Shown here: positions 36,823 through 57,800 of the stretch, piece after piece
Position numbering within the stretch: the first letter of the stretch is position 1
How the letters are laid out: every line of letters begins with the position of its first letter
Assembly: GCA_030141605.1 (NCBI GenBank)
Contig: JAQGDQ010000209.1
Location: 186,001 to 250,000, forward strand
Length of the DNA stretch: 64,000 nucleotides
Source of the DNA: Tubiluchus corallicola
Taxonomy: Eukaryota > Animalia > Priapulida
Reading direction: 5' to 3'
Position numbers and translations under genes: made by a program
The notes under the pieces: model-generated
The model's input: the letters and a program-made list of their open reading frames with translations, nothing else
Database searches by the model: none
Told to the model about the DNA's origin: nothing

Positions 36823-38061
36823 TTACACACTGTAACCACTGACTAGTGTTGTATAAGGTATTTCTTTCTTTTGCCAAAACAGAATGCACGATGAGATCAA
36901 ACCAAGAACCTACACAGAAAAAAGTGTTCAAAATACTGATTAGCTAAAAAGCAAAACGATAAAAAATTAGAAAAGAGAAGTGCAATAACTAATGCTGTTC
37001 TTCATTTTCACATTATAAACAGCTATCTTATGAAAATTAAACTAACTCGAAGTGCAATAACTAATGCTGTTCTTCATTTTCACATTAGAAACAGCTATCT
37101 TATGAAAATTAAACTGACTCGAAGTGCAATAACTAATGCTGTTCTTCATTTTCACATTAGAAACAGCTATCTTATGAAAATTAAACTCACTCGAAGTGCA
37201 ATAACTAATGCTGTTCCTCATTTTCACATTAGAAACAGCTATCTTATGAAAATTAAACTAACTCAAATACCATTTAATTTGTGATTTGTTAATTTATATG
37301 CAGCTTGTACTGCAGCACAGCAAAATGTTTTTGTAAAAATTACTTATGTAGTAGTTCTTTTTTACTAACAAAAGCTTTGCAATCTGTTTCTTCAATAGTT
37401 CACCTGTTGAACATAAGCCATTAAGGTTTTTGAGACATTCTCTCACAAGAAGTGATAAGCTAATCACTAATCAAAGCTGCATAAATAAAAAAATAAAAAA
37501 TGCTTGGCCAAGTAGTAAAAAACTCGGCTAAACTCAAAAATACATATTTTCACGTAGAATTGCTTACATTCAAAATAAATAAAAACAGCAGTTTTTCAAA
37601 CATTGTGGTAAACTTACCAATAAAGTCACAATACCAATAGCCAAACCAATTATGTAGCCCAAATGGTCCCGAAATTCTTGCTCTAACTTTTCGAGACATC
37701 CCTAAATCAAAAGCATTGATGTCAGTTTTTGAATCTTTTGTCACATCAACAACTACGTATGACAGAAAATGCAGTTATAGTCTCTTTCAATATTTCGACC
37801 AGCAAAAATAAATGAAAGAACCACCAACTATATCAAAAGCAGATCAGGGTCACAAAGAATAGATGTTAAAAAACATCACAGTTACCATTTAATAATGTTT
37901 TACGCATGTGGCAAATAAAAATCAATAGTTATAAATCATACAAGGAGAAATATGTTTAAGAAAATTTTTTAACTTGATTGTTGCTCAAAATTGCATGCAA
38001 GCTTAGATGCCTACAAATTGCACATTTAACCACGACTGTGTTTTGTTGTACATATTACTGT

Positions 38062-38158
<97 letters not shown>

Positions 38159-41100
38159 TATATATATGTGTATATATATTTCCAATTTAGCAAATTCAAA
38201 TAATAATAGCTTACCACAGTGTAAATTTGCAAAGGTTCAATTGTTGATGAGGTGTTACAGTTTGGGTTAATACAGCAACTGGGAGGGACTGCATTGTGTT
38301 CAGCATACCAAGGTGTATCTGTCCAGTCTGTGTAGTTGTAACCACCACAACATTTCAGCTGAATTTATTAATACAAATTATTAATAAAACATCATACAAA
38401 TGCATTATGGAATCCTTCTCAGCTAAAAAGAAAGAATGTTGACTACAACTTTAAGTACCAGTGATGTCTATTGGTGCAATTAACAAATCGCACAGAGTAA
38501 AGAATCTGTCAATCTTAAGAAAAGGAGTCAAGCTATCAGAACATTAGGTAAGTAAGTAAACAGGACATTGGAACAAACAGAAGGCAACTTTTGAACTAAA
38601 AAAGATTATCTAATCACAAAAAGTTGTCCTTCAATAAGGGAATTTTTAAAACCTGAAATGAGAAATTAATTTACATTTAATTACAGGCAACAGTTAACAG
38701 TTCTACTGTCTCATAAAATATATTCAGCTTGACAAAGCAAAAAAAAATTGTAAGTTAGTTGAACTAGGCTAACCTCGATTTGCATGTAGTCGACTTCATT
38801 TCGCAATTCAGTATTACTGTCTGAATAATTATGCAGAGCTTCTTCAACCTTTCCATGGAAAGTCTCCTTCAGCTGGTAGTAAAAGAATAGTTATTTAATA
38901 ACCATGTTGCCACTAAGTAATTAATGCGCAGTGACAGAACGTATCAGCATGCAATCACAATTTCTCAACATTTAAGCTAATAATGTTATATTAAAAATAC
39001 CCAGAAACTCATTCAATATTGAAAAGATTATCTCCAAGAAGCTTTATAGTTAATAAGTATAGCGACAAAAATTCAATCAATACTACTTATGTCACTGTAA
39101 TGGATGAATAGCATTATGTCAGCCTACTCGAAACTGCACTGATTTATTGTTATAAATCTAATATAAAATAATATACCAAGACCAGTATTCTCAACAATAT
39201 TAAACATAAATAATCATGAACTAAAAGCAAACAACTATAGACCAGAAATTATATCAAGAATTGCATTAATCTGTACCTAACTTAGCTTAGGCCCATTGAT
39301 CATGGTAAATTCTCAAAAATTTTGTTCAAAAATGCCATGACGGCTACTTACCATGTCCTTATAGACATAGCCTAATACGCCAGCAGTGATCAACAAAACT
39401 AATATTACCAGTAGTAGACCGAACAACTAAAAAAATACAAAAACGAGTTTTATGAAAGACTAAAAATTTAAGAAAAATGAAAGCTAGTCATAATTAATTC
39501 ACAGCAAATTAATTCCTGGCAAAATACAAAGAGACTATAAAAATCCAAGACAGTCAAGCAATCAAACTTAAAGCAAAGCACAAGTCACGCAGCACGTTGG
39601 GTTTATTTTATCACTTAAACTTAGAAAAAGATAACAAAGACGTTTACAAAAAAAGTGTTTATAAAGTAAAAAATTAATTTATACTACATCTGTATAGAAA
39701 TTTTCAGGTATGGTGGTAGCTGCTAATCAGGTGACAATTATGACATAGCTGGTAGACTTCATTAATTTTCGTAAGAGCATTGTGGCTTTCTGTAAGTGTG
39801 CACTGCTTAAACTAATTCAAACTTCTACAGACTGCCTAATGTTCATGCAAAAGTATCACAATACTAGCAATCTAACTTTTTGTAAAAACTTATTGTACTT
39901 TAGACAGAAGTTTACAGTGTGCTGCTTTTCTTCGACCGATGAAAGGCATAATAGGTGGAACAATGGGCGTTCAAGACGGAAGCACTCAAAGAGTGACGTG
40001 ATCGCAAAATAAACTGATTTTACTAATAATACAAGGTGCTCATCATACTGTTATTACTAAATCCTTATAACATTTCTCACAAACATTGAAATAAGCTCAA
40101 CTTCCCAGAAGGCTTGGTCTTTCCTTTAAAACATCTAAGCAGTACTATAAGCATAATGCATTGCAATGTCAGTGCTTTTTTGCCTGAGTGGCACGATATG
40201 TAAATGTTCAATTACAGACATCTCACAGCAAAAAACCAGAACAATGTAATTTTAGTGGCTAAGATTAACCTATAAATAGATTCCAGATTTTGACTAACAT
40301 TGTTTTGCTGTAAGATAAACAGTTGGAACTTACTTACAGTGGCCAGAAGACAGCGATTCGTTTGACAAGCACCGCAGCAACTTAGAATTCCCATGATAAA
40401 CATGCCTAAGCCAACTGCCATAGCAATTATAGCTGGCACGAGGGTATACTTGGCCTCAGTAATGTGTTCATAGTGACCATAAGTTTTGAACACATAGCCA
40501 CCAGCAAATATCAAAGCAGCTGCTGCCCCCTGAAATTGACGAAAAAAATTTGTTAACAGTATCTCAGGGCTACTTCTGTTATTGATTTATTATTAACTCT
40601 ATGCAAGAATTACCAATATTAATTCTCTACGTTATTTATTTATGGATTTATATAAAACACCATTTTCTTGATAACCACTTCTTGGTGATGAATTACATAT
40701 CAAACTAATCACGTCAATTTCCCGTGGTCCAGTGGGTTTATTTTTCAATTCAAGTCTGGGAGGAACGGCGGGCAATAAATACAGGCTGAAAGTGTGCAAA
40801 ACCTATAAAGTTGAGAATTGAAGAATGGGACTGTGAGAGATGGAGTGCTGTATTATCAGAAAGAGCTTTCAGTGGAAACTGTAACTGGCATAGTTTGATT
40901 TCTTGAGGCCTCCGCAATAAGCATTTTTCTAGACCCACCTACACGGAATTTTTTTTTTGAAACTTTGGCTAAACACAGTGTACAAAATTCATTGCATTTC
41001 TCTTTAGCATATTTCATTTTCCTCACTACATATATCCATTTTATTATATTATTTTGCTCATTGTTTCAGACATTATCATCAAGTTTTATACTATTTTTTC

Positions 41101-42001
41101 ACTGATTCATATGTAGTCTATTTTGTTTTTCTCACTACATAATTCATTATATTATATTATTTTGCTCACAGTTTCAAGTTTTATTATATTTTCTTATTGA
41201 TCTACATATAGTCTATTTAGTTGCATACTCATATTTCATTGAATATTTTGTTCGCTCCATTTCTGCTTCTTTATATTAGTTTTCTTGTTCCATAGTCCAT
41301 TCAATAATATACCTGATTGATATATTTGATTGAATACCATTGCATATTTTCGATCCATTATATATGGTTCCTTTTTATCGTACATATTTTGTTCTTTTAA
41401 CTGATTCTTCATTTATGCTTCAATTTTTTTCACTTGATTTGACTAGATTTTATAGCTTAATCAGTTGGTTACATGCTTTACATATTTGGTTGAACATCCA
41501 TTGCATATTTTTTATTTTATCATATTATGTCCTTGTTGGTTATTTCGCTTTCAAGTTTAATTTGCTCCCTTATACTTTGATTCACAGTACAGTTGATTTT
41601 CTTCTTCTAATTTATAATTATACCATGTACAGCAGCACTAGAAAATTTTCTTACAATTTACACTAACCTCAGAAGGGTAGCTGACTTGATGACCAAATGG
41701 TCTTTCGCTACCCTTTTCCAGTGTAAACATGCACAACACGATTAACAGGAGAGAACAATATCACCGTCAATATGCAGGCTGTGCGTGTCATTTATTGTTA
41801 CAATGTTAACAATAATTGAGTCATACTATTACATCCTGCACCCCCTACCACATTCCTTTGTGTATAATTTTTCCTAATTAATTAGACTAAAAATCTGTAA
41901 AATTCTGGTAGATGTCTACCTGATCATCTAATCTTGCTTACCCAAAACACAAGGCCTATTAGGGCCATAACCATTTTTGACGTAATTCTACAACCTCCCA
42001 T
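36823..42001 (-). CDS. TSPAN3: Tetraspanin, TSPAN3-like (246 aa, 7 coding exons)
   Basis: Exons 42001-41942, 40529-40338, 39426-39352, 38872-38774, 38358-38215, 37701-37618 and 36909-36823 (741 nt). Sequence includes [23 protein letters not shown], the CCG, PPSCC and GC motifs, and a C-terminal YTTL sorting-type motif. The subfamily call is from recalled similarity to vertebrate TSPAN3. Confidence 0.88.
36977..37264 (+). repeat. 72-bp tandem repeat x4
   Basis: Units start at 36977, 37049, 37121 and 37193, in the last tetraspanin intron. Confidence 0.95.
38061..38177 (+). repeat. (TA)n compound microsatellite
   Basis: Directly visible. Confidence 0.95.
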
Positions 42002-42430
42002 ATTTGCTTCTTAAAACAATCACAAGAATCACTAGCTGAAAGAGTCGTTAATTTTGCCAAACACAAAAAACGTTTTAAAAAGACAAAAAATAAACAGACT
42101 TTTTGAGACCCGTGATTCTGATCGTCGTAACGTATAACCTCTAAAAGAAATAGAAAGCTTTTGCTTTTAAAAATAAAATAAAATGAGTAAGTTGCAAACA
42201 AATACTTGAGTTTATTCTAGAAAAGATAGTGTCAAAAAATTTCTCAGGAAAATTTTGAACTGGTTTTTCAACCTGGTCTTTAACAAAGAAATATTTTAAT
42301 ATAAAAGTTAGTGACATTCATCAGCAGGTATCACCGGCCAAGTGCAAGCAAGGTCTACAAAAAAGTGTTAGGTGCTGGCTGGAGTATCGGGAAAGAAAAT
42401 AGTTTACAAAATTAATGTGAAGTGTCTAAA
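42002..42430. promoter_or_regulatory. Probable bidirectional promoter between the tetraspanin and ATP synthase alpha genes
   Basis: The divergent start codons are only ~430 bp apart. Confidence 0.6.
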
Positions 42431-50588
<8,158 letters not shown>

Positions 50589-51665
50589 TTTAATTGTATT
50601 AAATTGTTTCACGAATGTTTGTACAATTCCTTGTTACCACAATTACACATGTTTAATTACTACAAGTTTATGTGATGGAATATAAATAAGATGTTAAAAG
50701 AATGATTTGAATTGAATATCATTCTTTAGCAAAATGACTATAGAAACATTGTTTTAAGTGACAGCAGTAGATATTTAAAGTTTCAGATGCTTATCATGTT
50801 TCATGTCGCTGTTAGCAATTGGTCAGGATGGTTCTGATAATGAACTAATAAACTACATTAGTAACTGGAAATCTCTAGTTCTTTCATGTTCCATAAAATA
50901 AAAGTTGGAAGTATAGAATAATAACATCAGCTCATATGGAAATGAGCATCAAGAGTGGAGTGTCACATGGTGAAGAAACTATTTTTAGTTGTTTGTGAAG
51001 GTAACCGACACAAAAACAATTCAGATCTGTGCAACTGCAGCTGCATTTCTCCCCTTTTCCTAACCCCTCTATCTCTCTGAGAGAGCCTCGATATCTGATG
51101 AAACCTCTCGGAAGTTTAGTGGCAGTTATGTATTATCCATTTACTAGCCAGGCTCAACTTTGCGTAACTCATGAAGCAGCTAATCAGTACCGCACCTAGC
51201 TAGTATAGTTATGGGTGGGTAGTCAAGCAGACACCATGACTACTCAGCCGTTCCTCTGTAAGAATTAAACTATGGGCTTAAAAATAATGTAAGTTTAAAA
51301 AGTCTAAAGACAGTACTGTCAGAAGCCTAAATTTGTTTAGACCGACTTTCATGCATCGTGTATGCCAAATCCAGGAAAATATTGTAACTACAAAAAATGC
51401 ATAATCGTTGGCTTGGTTGTACATGTCATATTGTCCATCACATAACTTTATTAATCTCCAAGAAACTCAAGATATTGAACGCCGTCTCGAAATACATTAA
51501 TCATTTAGAGACCCTTCACTCCTGTGGGTTTTTTTTGGAAAATGAAGCATCCCTCGCAGACGCGCATTCGTACTGTCTCCAGACTCCAGAGCATATGAAT
51601 CTAGATCTATTGATGCGAATCCCCTTGTTCGCCTGTCACCCTGTGCTGCCACCGCAAATTTGTGG

Positions 51666-51679
51666 GTTGCCATAGTTTC
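51666..51679 (+). promoter_or_regulatory. Possible RFX X-box upstream of ENO4
   Basis: GTTGCCATAGTTTC has one perfect half-site and lies ~195 bp before the ENO4 ATG. Confidence 0.35.
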
Positions 51680-51873
51680 GAAATTGTTTACAAGGTGAAG
51701 ATGTTTTGGCAAGGTGTTTCTGAAAGCCTAAAAAGCATTTCTAAAAAAATTATTTGGTTATAATCAATGTGTTACTGCAATCAGTGTGTCACCAGCAATA
51801 ACTTTAATAGTGGTGTGTTTAACTCCGCAGTGATAACAAATGTAGAAGTATGTGAACAGATAAGAGGTTTATT

Positions 51874-54800
51874 ATGTCGGCTGAGTCAAAGGCCAAGCTT
51901 AAAACAGAAAAGAAAGAAAAAGCTATTGAATACTACAAATTAAACGCCCATGTGGTGGAAAGCGTCGATAAAGTTTTCAATTTAATGTTTGACGATGAGC
52001 CTTCTGACATATACGGATATTTGGTAACTACAATTCTATAATGCTTGGAGTAGTAGAATTTAATTTAGTTTGTTTTAATTTAAATTATTATTTAGTTTTA
52101 GTATAGCTCTGATTGGAAAATTGTACATAACTTTCGGTTGATGTGTTTTCCCAGCATCATAATAATTGTACAGTGAACTGTACTTGCACAGTTGCACTCC
52201 TTAAAAGAGAGGCACAAAATACCAGTTGTAGGGATACCCGGGCGATGGTATATGCATATACATATAATATATCTCTTTTGCTGTGGCAGTGCGCTAATCC
52301 AAATAAAACCGTCAATATTATCAAATTATCAACGTTTATTTTACTTATAGGCAAGTTTCTTTGGAAAGTTGGCAGATACTCATCGGATTTCAAAGGTATT
52401 CTGATAATAATTAATTATAAGAATATATCCATTTTTTTTCATTTACCAAGTCACTAGATAATGAATCTTCTGAATGTTCTATCATATACTGATGAAGAAT
52501 CTTCAGTAACTGTGGTCACTTGTGAAATTTTATGAGTTTATCCTGTGTAATCTAGAATAAAGTTTGTAAAGTTGACAAGATACCAAAATTTTTTGATGAA
52601 CCCTAGTGGTATTTTATTTCATTAACATCTTTGCAATCCACACGACAAAATGATCTTATTCCATTCTTACAATCATATTCTGCATTTTAGTGTTTTTTCT
52701 GTGTGCCTCATTGCTTACATTCTCCGCAGAAGCAGCAGAAAAAACTGTTTAAGCCAATAGCACTAAAAACAAATGGAAAATTATTTTGTTTGTGAAATGA
52801 ATTATGAAGAATGACTTTTCATGTCTTAGTAGTGCTGTCACGAACACTGATGATTTCTCATTTAAGATTGTTGTTGATGAAATACGAAATGAATCTTGGA
52901 AGCGTTCAATTTCTATTAACATCTACTGTTTGATCAACTGCTCTGAAAAGGTGAGGAACTGACTCTAATTTAAGACTTTACATTTTTTTTATTTGAAAGC
53001 ACAAGGCACATATAGAATTATATTGCTGGAATAGAATGTGTGATTTTGCTAGTGTGTCAATGGGGTCTGAACCAGTAGCTGCAGTGCAAATAGTTTTTCT
53101 GTAGATTTTATATTTTTTACCGAATTTATTTGTTTCCACAGCTTGTTATTATATATAGATACTGATAAAAAGAGCTAGATTAATGTTAAATTAGATGGAA
53201 GTCTGATTTATTAAATTTGGACAGTTAAACAAAGGCAGTGTGCATGCTCTTGTAGATTTCAATTCAAGTCAATTATTTTTAGCTTAACACACAAGACAGC
53301 AATTGTCAACTAGATCACTACAAAGATAATATATATATATAGTGAAAACAATGAATATGTATATATATAGATAGATAGATAGATGGTATATTATGCTGAA
53401 AAACACAACTTTGGTACATATTTTTACATTTTTCTTGATTCACTTTAAAAGTACCATAATTTCAACTTAAACTATAAAGTGGGAAACTGGTAAAATCAAA
53501 GCGTAACATGTCTGTACCAAATGATGAATCATTTATCAATCATTAAAGTTAAAACTGTGTTTAATAAATTAATTCTTTTGAATAGCATATGATAAAGAGA
53601 AATTTCCTTACAATGGAGGAATGTGAGAATGTGTTAAGCACGCTTTCCTGTATAGATCAGTTTATCACCACAGAATTAATTGGTATGGATCCTCTAGATC
53701 AGCCTTCAATTGATGCAACTATTAGGTGATTACATTGTAGACTTTCCTTTGATATTTTCAGGGTATGTGAAATGTTTTTGTAGTATGTTTGTTACAGCAG
53801 TATATTGAATACTGATGGTCTCAGTTGCTTGATATTTGTATTGGTAAGACCACTTGCAGCTGCTGCTATTACAGCTAGTGTAATGCCATCTGAAATAGTG
53901 CTGGTCAGAATTTGCATCTAGCAGACTCATTATATTGGTATGTTGAAATGCCAGTAATCACCTTTTTTATTGCTACCTCAACAAAGTAGGCAGCTATAGA
54001 ATTATCAAGTTCTGTCTGTCTGTCTGTCAGTCCGTCTGGCACCACTTTTTCTCTGCTTTGGAGTAACCTAGGAAATTGGTAGCTCGAATGGTGGTAGGGC
54101 TTGGTCAAGGTTGGGGGAGCCTATAAATTTCTGAATCAGTTGGTGCAGATTTGGATTTTTTGCTATTTCTTAAAGATTCGTGTATAACAACTCATGCTGT
54201 AATCTGCCTACATAGCCAAACGAATTATGACTAATTAGCCAGATATCGGGTAAAGGTTGTTTTCAAGCCCATTACCATGAGCATGTATTAGCTTTTGTGA
54301 CACTGTATATTCTGCATAACTTAATATTCTGCATTCTTAGGTGTGCATTTGACAGTTATCAGAAAATGGAAAAGGATACTGAGTTGCGAATACTCAGCAT
54401 GATATTGCAAGCTGATGACCAGGAGAAGCAAAAAGAAGGAAAAAGTGCTGCACTGTCATCCATAAGTCACCATTGGTAATTATTAGTGCATTATTCACTT
54501 TTGTTTTTATAATTATCAAAGACTTCTTTTGTTTGGTTAATGGTGATAATTAGTCATATTTCCTGATACTTGGATTCTTTTCGTAATATATGAAAACTTG
54601 CTTTAATAATGCAAACTTATGTCTGGTCTGTTTTGCAAAAGCATCCTGACAGGTCCTGATATTCTAGGCCAGGAGCGTAGCCAGGTTCTAAAGTTAGGTG
54701 GAATAAGCTCATAAAAAAGCCACTGTGGCACATACCAAATAATTTTTAACTCATTGATTATACATTTTAATTTTTTTGTGTTTAATATCAAAACGCTGGG

Positions 54801-57800
54801 AAGATACAGTTTTAAAGGAAGTACGTAATTGCAATTTTGTATAATTGTGTATTTTAATTACATATAACAAAATGTAAAGACAGTGAAATTTGCCTTTGTA
54901 ATATATAATTGACAGTAGGCCTACTACTAGACAATCATGTGACAAGAATATATTAAAATAATTGCATTTGGGACACTTGGTTCAATCAGTCATCCTTGAC
55001 AAATGAGTTGCAAGCGTAAATGCATGCTCAGTTCAAAAACATGGGAGACAGCTTGATAAAATAAAGTAATGATTCCATTGTTGAAAAGGCCCCTATTTTG
55101 AAAAATGAGCTCGGGGGAGCGGTTGTTCTCCTTGCTCTTCTATTAGCTATGCCGCTGCTCTAGGCATTTTAGACTGAACAGAAAAATAGCAATGCATACT
55201 TTTCAGCATGAGTCAGGTAGCCAGGAAATATGTAAAGAGTCCCCGAACTTACAGGTTTGGATAAGATCTTGTAACAGACTGTAGAAGTTTTGGGTCACAG
55301 AAGCTTCCTCCAGTTTTTGGTCTTGTAACCTTGATCTTTGACCTTGCAGTCTAAAACGGATAAAGTTCTTCTTCTATTGATGTCCCTAAGACACTTAAAC
55401 ATTCAAGCTGCCTGAACACTATTCATTTTACAGCTTATACTTATATTTTTGCCGCGTAGCTAGTGTAAACACATTTCAAAACTGCCCTACGGAAGATGCG
55501 CTTTCAGGATTGGAGAGGTAACCTGAACTGAAGGTCGAATAATTATTATTGTTACTATTTATTCGCTCTCAGAAATACAATAACGAAATTATGTACAAAC
55601 AGTAGTCAAAAATAACTATACAGGTTAAGTAAATAAGATTAGTTGAAAATATCAACATAATACTCATACACCAAAATTTCTGTACAACATGACATTACTT
55701 GTTATGACAAAAATAAGTGTCAAATTAATACAGACCTATAACATATAAACTTGCTACCCATAATCAGTTATATATATATACAAACTACCTATAACATTAT
55801 ATTTTATGTCAATCAACGGATATGCAACGAGTTACAGCAAATATGAATCAAAATAGAAATTAGCTCGTTTTTCGAGAAACTTGTTATTTGTTTCGATAGC
55901 TTGTATTGTATCTCTGACAGGTGAACATATTGTAGCTTCTCTTTCTAGGTTGTAAGATTTCTCAGTAATACAATATAATAAATGTTTCAAATCATGATAG
56001 TTTAAGTTATTATTATATTTGTAAGGTATTAACTGCAAATTGTAGTAGCCGATAATTGACCTCACAGAAAAAATAGCTTGTTTTTTGCAAAGTGAATGGT
56101 GACAGGTAATTTTTGCACATTGTTTCTCATTGTCTTCTGGGCTTATCTCTAAAAGTCAGCTTTGTAGTTTCCTCTCTTTGTTTCTCCCTTCCTAAAGTGA
56201 GTGGAAAATTTGTTCCTCTGTAAATGTAGGGAAAATGACTAGCAAGAAATGGAAATCCTTAGTAAAATTTAAATGAATTATAGTGGCTTTATTGGCACTA
56301 CTTTGTGTTATGATTTTTTCACAGCTCTTTGCCTATTTTAGCAAAGTGCCTGAGCTGTTTGCCGTTCCCTTGGTTTCACAGACAGCATGTGCTTTGGCTT
56401 CGGTAATTTACGAGGTGCCCTTATTCCGTCATATACGAGAAATTGCTGAGACTGAGGTAAATCAAGTGGCATAGCAAGTATTGCTGTTGTATGTGATTAA
56501 TGTGCATTTTAAAAAATGGTTATCAGGATTTACCATCTAGGCATTCATGTTACTTTTTCAACCTCGTAAATAAGCGAGGCATTTTGACTAGACTGGAAAT
56601 ATCTGACCTGGTTGCAGACCTGCCAAGCTCTCATGCATTAAGCATTTTAAATCTTTCACATGCGTACACGCATCAAATTTCAGTTCACAGTCATTCCCCA
56701 ACTTCACATGCAAGTTTGCAAATCAGTTGATTTCCTTTGCCCTCAGTACCAACCGCGAGACAATTAGTAGCTTCTACTATAGAGTAGCGTTCATGAGGTT
56801 CACAATGTAGGTTGCACTAAAGGGTATTACAGTTACTGAATGGAGGCACTTTTCGGTGCTATTGAACTTTTTTCATTGAACTATTTGAACATTGTGAAGT
56901 ACAATAACAGCATAAGAAAGTTCAGTAATACACAAAAATTACGTTAATTTTTTTGCCTTCATTTTTAATAAATTGATTTTGATGCACAAAAAATGCAAAA
57001 ATTTCTGGGGTATCATTTGCCACCTTGACCCCTATAGGGAGCGAGATGATCCACGGACTTTCTAAGTTTTACAATCATTTTTACATCAAATGGTTGGCAG
57101 GTCTGTGGTTGATTTAGCCAGGATTTTGCAGCATATTATGCAGGCATGAATTATAATAAATTTGTGAGATTATGATATCTATATGTTTTTATTTTTGTAA
57201 GTCTATAAAAACTGTTTGTTGTCTAAATTTCTTTTTATCTTTTTGTAATTGGGCATTGCAAGGTAGTGATAAATGAAATGAACAGATGCTTTGAGTTTTT
57301 TAAATTTAAGTATATTGCTAATACTAATCTTATACTACAACACCAAACATCAAAATCTGTTTGTTTGCCGCAAACTGGAAACATTAACTTAATTCTATTG
57401 GTTTTGTGTTTTATAATTTTAACCATTGCACTGTGAATGAAATATCATTTCAGATACTCTTGCAAACATTAGCTATATAAATAATGTAATTAATCTTTTT
57501 TATCTGTTAGTTGTTCCTGGGTTTATAAACGAACAATAAACAATCTATTTTCTCCATTTGTAGGAAAGCTGCTATATGCCTTTGCCTGTAATGGCGGTTT
57601 TACATGGGGGTGACAAGCGTACAAAAGTGAGACTATTGCTGCTGGACGAAATTTTTTTAATACCGTCATCATCATTAACATTTGAAGAGGTATTATTGTG
57701 GCATAGGCAGACAGGGCATATAATAAAAACATTAAACTAAACTAATTGATGCTAAATTTAAAAAAGACAATAATTTCACTACGCTTTACCGACGATGTAA

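Noticed and set aside
36977-37264. CRISPR-like array or 24-aa repeat ORF
   Set aside because: Head-to-tail near-identical 72-bp units with no unique spacers, in a eukaryotic intron.
37978-38270. YI-repeat ORFs
   Set aside because: Translations of the (TA)n microsatellite.
41340-41666. 108-aa hydrophobic ORF
   Set aside because: T-rich decayed retroelement sequence in an intron; the hydrophobicity follows from base composition.
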